From positions 96,001-160,000 of the forward strand of contig CAWEYG010000001.1 in NCBI GenBank assembly GCA_963813155.1: a DNA stretch of 64,000 nt, in the 5' to 3' direction. Both the position numbers and the translations under genes were made by a program. This stretch comes from an uncultured Acidobacteriota bacterium (GTDB taxonomy: Bacteria; Acidobacteriota; Thermoanaerobaculia; UBA5066; DATFVB01). Of this stretch, positions 61,052 to 64,000 are shown in pieces; positions within the stretch are counted from its first letter, which is position 1; the number at the start of each line of letters is the position of its first letter. The notes beneath the pieces are model-generated. The model saw nothing but the letters and a program-made list of their open reading frames with translations, was not told the DNA's origin and did not search any database.

Positions 61052-63526
61052 TTACCTCGGATTCGAGCGATCCACACCTCGGGCGCGAATCGGGGTGGGT
61101 CGCACCGGTGGCACCGGGTTCAGGCGGACGGGTGGTCGTCCCACCGACCGGCCGCCTTGCAAATCGATCCTGAAGACAGCGCCCCAGCCTGCGGTTCCAT
61201 CGTTGAACGTCGTTCCATAAAGTTTGCCGTCTGAGGCCTGAATCAAAGAGGCCTGAGGATAGCCACCATCATTCCCCCCGGTGAAGTTGTAGACAACACC
61301 CTCGGTGGGCGAGGTCGCGAGATTCCCGATTTTGAAAACCGTGCCGAAACCATCTACACCGCCGTAGTACGTGGTTCCGTACAGGTTGCCGTCAAAGGCC
61401 TGGATCAATGACGCGACAGGGAGGGCCCCGTCGTTTTCACCCGCAAAACTATAGATAACGCCTTCGACGGGGGTCGTTGAGAGATTGCTGATCTTGAAAA
61501 CGGTTCCCGAGTTGTTCGAGCCGCCGGACCAGGTCGTTCCGTACAGGTTTCCATCGGAGGCTTGGATCAGCGAGGCGAAGGAATTGGACCCGTCGCTTCC
61601 CCCCGTGAAGAAGTGGATCACGCTGAAAGTTGGCGAGGATGCGAGATGGCTAATCTGGAAAACGGTGCCGCAGCCTTGCTGGCAACCGACGTCGTTGAAG
61701 GTATTCCCACCGAAACCCGTGGTTCCGTACAAGTTACCGTCTGAGGCCTGGATCAGGGGACCCATCGGGTTGGATCCGTCGTCTCCGCCCGTGAAGGCGT
61801 AGATCACGCTGAAGGTCGGTGAGGTCGAGAGGTTGCTAATCCTGAAAACGACCCCGGCGTCTTTCGGACCGCCGAATGTCGTCGTTCCGTACAAGCTGCC
61901 GTCGGTTGCTTGGATCATGGAGGCAGAGGGAAGGGACCCGTCACTTTCCCACGCGAACCTGTGAATCACGGTCTCCGTGGGGGAGGTCGCCAGATCGCTG
62001 ACCTTGAAGACAGTCCCGAAATCGCTCCCGCCGGAAGGGGTCGTTCCGTACAGGTTGCCGTCCGAGGCCTGGATCAATGAGGCGAGCGGACCAGACCCGT
62101 CCCTTCCGCCCATGAAGCTGTAGATCACACTCTCAGTGGGCGAGGTTGAGAGATTACTGATCTTGAAGATCGTTCCACAACCGATTGGAGATTCCCCGGG
62201 ACAGTTATTCGACCCGCCAAGAGGGGTCGTTCCGTAGAGATTTCCATCGGAGGTTTGGATCAGGGGGCCGTACGGAGCTACCCCGTCGCCTCCGGCCATG
62301 AAGGCGCATATCACGCTCTCGGTGCCGGATGTCATCAGATCGCTGATCTTGAAGACGGTCCCGAAACTGCTCGAACCGCCGGCATACGTCGTTCCGTAGA
62401 GATTGCCGTCGGAAGCCTGGATCACCGAAGCGTGAGGATTGGACCCATCGCTTCCCCCCGTGAAGGAGTGGGTTACGTTGAAGGTGGGAGAGGTCGTGAG
62501 GTTGCTGATCTTGAAGACCGTCCCCTCATCGCTCGAGCCGCCGAGTCCGGTCGTTCCGTACAGGTTGCCATCGGAGGCCTGAATCAACGAGGCGAAGGGA
62601 ACGCGCCCGTCAGTTGGCGCCGTGAAGCTGTGGATTATGGTTACGATCGGCAAGGTCGCGAGGTCGCTGATCTTAAAAACCGTTCCCTTGTCGTAGAAGA
62701 AAGCACCGAAATCGAGGAAAGTGATCGAATACGTCGTTCCATACAGATTGCCGTCGGAGGCCTGGATCAGGGACGCCGCTTGGGGACTCTCTCGCCCGAA
62801 GCTGTTGTAGATGACGCTCGTCGCCGGCGAAGTCGTGGGATTGCTAATTTTGAACACCGCATCAATTGTCGTGCCATACAGGTTCCCGTCCGAGGCCTGG
62901 ATCAAGGCGGCGGAGGGATAGCCCCCATCGGTATTCCCAGTGAAGCTATAGATCACGCTCTCGGTGGGTACAGTCGAAAGGTCGCTGATCCTGAAAACCG
63001 TACCCGCGCCACTCGAGCCGCCGCCGTACGTGGTTCCGTAGAGATTGCCGTCGGAAGCCTGAATTAAGGAAGCCACCGGCTTGCTCCCGTCGCTTCCTCC
63101 CGCGAGGCTATGGATAACGCTTTCAGTAGGTGTGCCCGAAAGATCTCGGATCACGAACACCGTTCCCATTCCGCTTGAACCACCGTTGCGTGTAGTTCCG
63201 TACAAGTTGCCATCAGAGGCCTGGATCAATGAGGCCTGCGGATCGCCACCGTCGTTTCCGCCCAGGAAGCTGTAAATCACGCTCGGAGTCGGGGAAGTGT
63301 CGAGGCTGCTGATCTTGAAGACGGCGCCCCAACCTTTCGAACCGCCATCGGGCACCGTTCCGTAAAGATTTCCGTCCGAGGCCTGGATTAGTGAAGTTCG
63401 AACGTTTCCCCCCAACGGCGGAGGGAAACTATGGACTATCGCCTCTGAATAAGGCTGCGCAGAAACTGGGACGGCAACCCCGAATGCCACCGCAAACAGC
63501 GCGATAACGCCGTTCCTCCGCTTCAC
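61052..63526 (-). CDS. Secreted tandem-repeat (choice-of-anchor GloVer-type) beta-propeller protein, 14 repeats
   Basis: 14 copies of SLIQASDGNLYGTT..GG....GTVFKI; signal peptide. GTG at 63526 follows GGAAGG (alternative ATG at 63571). Confidence 0.9.
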   Translation of the reverse strand: MKRRNGVIALFAVAFGVAVPVSAQPYSEAIVHSFPPPLGGNVRTSLIQASDGNLYGTVPDGGSKGWGAVFKISSLDTSPTPSVIYSFLGGNDGGDPQASLIQASDGNLYGTTRNGGSSGMGTVFVIRDLSGTPTESVIHSLAGGSDGSKPVASLIQASDGNLYGTTYGGGSSGAGTVFRISDLSTVPTESVIYSFTGNTDGGYPSAALIQASDGNLYGTTIDAVFKISNPTTSPATSVIYNSFGRESPQAASLIQASDGNLYGTTYSITFLDFGAFFYDKGTVFKISDLATLPIVTIIHSFTAPTDGRVPFASLIQASDGNLYGTTGLGGSSDEGTVFKISNLTTSPTFNVTHSFTGGSDGSNPHASVIQASDGNLYGTTYAGGSSSFGTVFKISDLMTSGTESVICAFMAGGDGVAPYGPLIQTSDGNLYGTTPLGGSNNCPGESPIGCGTIFKISNLSTSPTESVIYSFMGGRDGSGPLASLIQASDGNLYGTTPSGGSDFGTVFKVSDLATSPTETVIHRFAWESDGSLPSASMIQATDGSLYGTTTFGGPKDAGVVFRISNLSTSPTFSVIYAFTGGDDGSNPMGPLIQASDGNLYGTTGFGGNTFNDVGCQQGCGTVFQISHLASSPTFSVIHFFTGGSDGSNSFASLIQASDGNLYGTTWSGGSNNSGTVFKISNLSTTPVEGVIYSFAGENDGALPVASLIQAFDGNLYGTTYYGGVDGFGTVFKIGNLATSPTEGVVYNFTGGNDGGYPQASLIQASDGKLYGTTFNDGTAGWGAVFRIDLQGGRSVGRPPVRLNPVPPVRPTPIRARGVDRSNPR

Positions 63527-63590
63527 GCCAGACCTTCCACTACCCGGATCTACGGAGCTCGGCCCGGTCATGTCGTCGGATCGGGTCGGT

Positions 63591-64000
63591 CTAGCGGAAC
63601 TCCGCCGGAAGCTCCGGCGCGTTTCGCGGGGAGCCCCGAAGCGCCTGCCGCAGCGCGGGTGCCACTTCCGGGTCGGAAACGTTCAGCATCGCGAGGCGGG
63701 GGTCGATCGGGGTCGGCCCCGGAAACCGCCACACCTCGAATCGCAGCCGCGGGGCGTTCACCCAGGGGCTCGCTCCAACGGTGCCGATCCGCTCGCCGCG
63801 CCGCACGCTCTGGCCTCGGCGAACCTGTACCGACTCCAGGTATCCGAAAATCGTGGCGGCGCGCTCTCCGTTCCGGATCGCAACGACTCTCCCGAGATGC
63901 CCGTACGGAGAGCCGGGACGGATCGGGAAAGCGCCCGCCCACCGGACGACCCCGTCGGCCGTCGCGAGAACCGGAAGTCCCGCCGGGCAGGCCAGGTCGA
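63591..64000 (-). CDS. M23/LytM-domain protein, C-terminal part (degenerate active site)
   Basis: DLACPAGLPVLATADGVV, V..GQ.VRRGERIGTVG.S, PRLRFEV...PIDP; open at the window edge. Confidence 0.85.
   Translation of the reverse strand, partial: DLACPAGLPVLATADGVVRWAGAFPIRPGSPYGHLGRVVAIRNGERAATIFGYLESVQVRRGQSVRRGERIGTVGASPWVNAPRLRFEVWRFPGPTPIDPRLAMLNVSDPEVAPALRQALRGSPRNAPELPAEFR

Noticed and set aside
61052-63571. CRISPR array or DGR-like repeats
   Set aside because: The repeats are in-frame protein repeats with synonymous variation; no cas or RT gene and no adenine-specific pattern seen.

Overview
High-GC bacterial chromosomal window. Gene content and style suggest Acidobacteriota, probably Thermoanaerobaculia-like (inference). 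About 47 CDS were found, and no rRNA, tRNA, CRISPR array, prophage or transposase was seen. Housekeeping blocks: recO-glyQ-glyS-ppdK; rimP-nusA-infB-DUF503-rbfA-truB-rpsO-pnp; cysK, msrA, uvrD/pcrA, ispG, aroC. Accessory and envelope genes: degP with a sigma-54 activator, TonB-C protein, DUF4398/OmpA lipoproteins, an ~2,840-aa cyclic beta-1,2-glucan synthase, yefM-yoeB, egtB-egtD, two tandem Ser/Thr kinase beta-propeller receptors plus a GH113, a BNR-repeat protein and a 14-repeat GloVer-type protein. The most notable unexplained signals are non-coding: (1) a ~120-130 bp intergenic hairpin element in three copies with compensatory base changes and an invariant TAGCAAAGTC apical motif; (2) five exactly spaced sigma-54 -24/-12 promoters, all in front of envelope or secreted-protein genes; (3) a recurring -10 box 6-9 nt before start codons, suggesting leaderless mRNAs; (4) a rimP leader terminator followed by an apparent ACG start. 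Five apparent single-base insertions (tonB, infB twice, cgs, leuB-like) most likely reflect long-read consensus errors.
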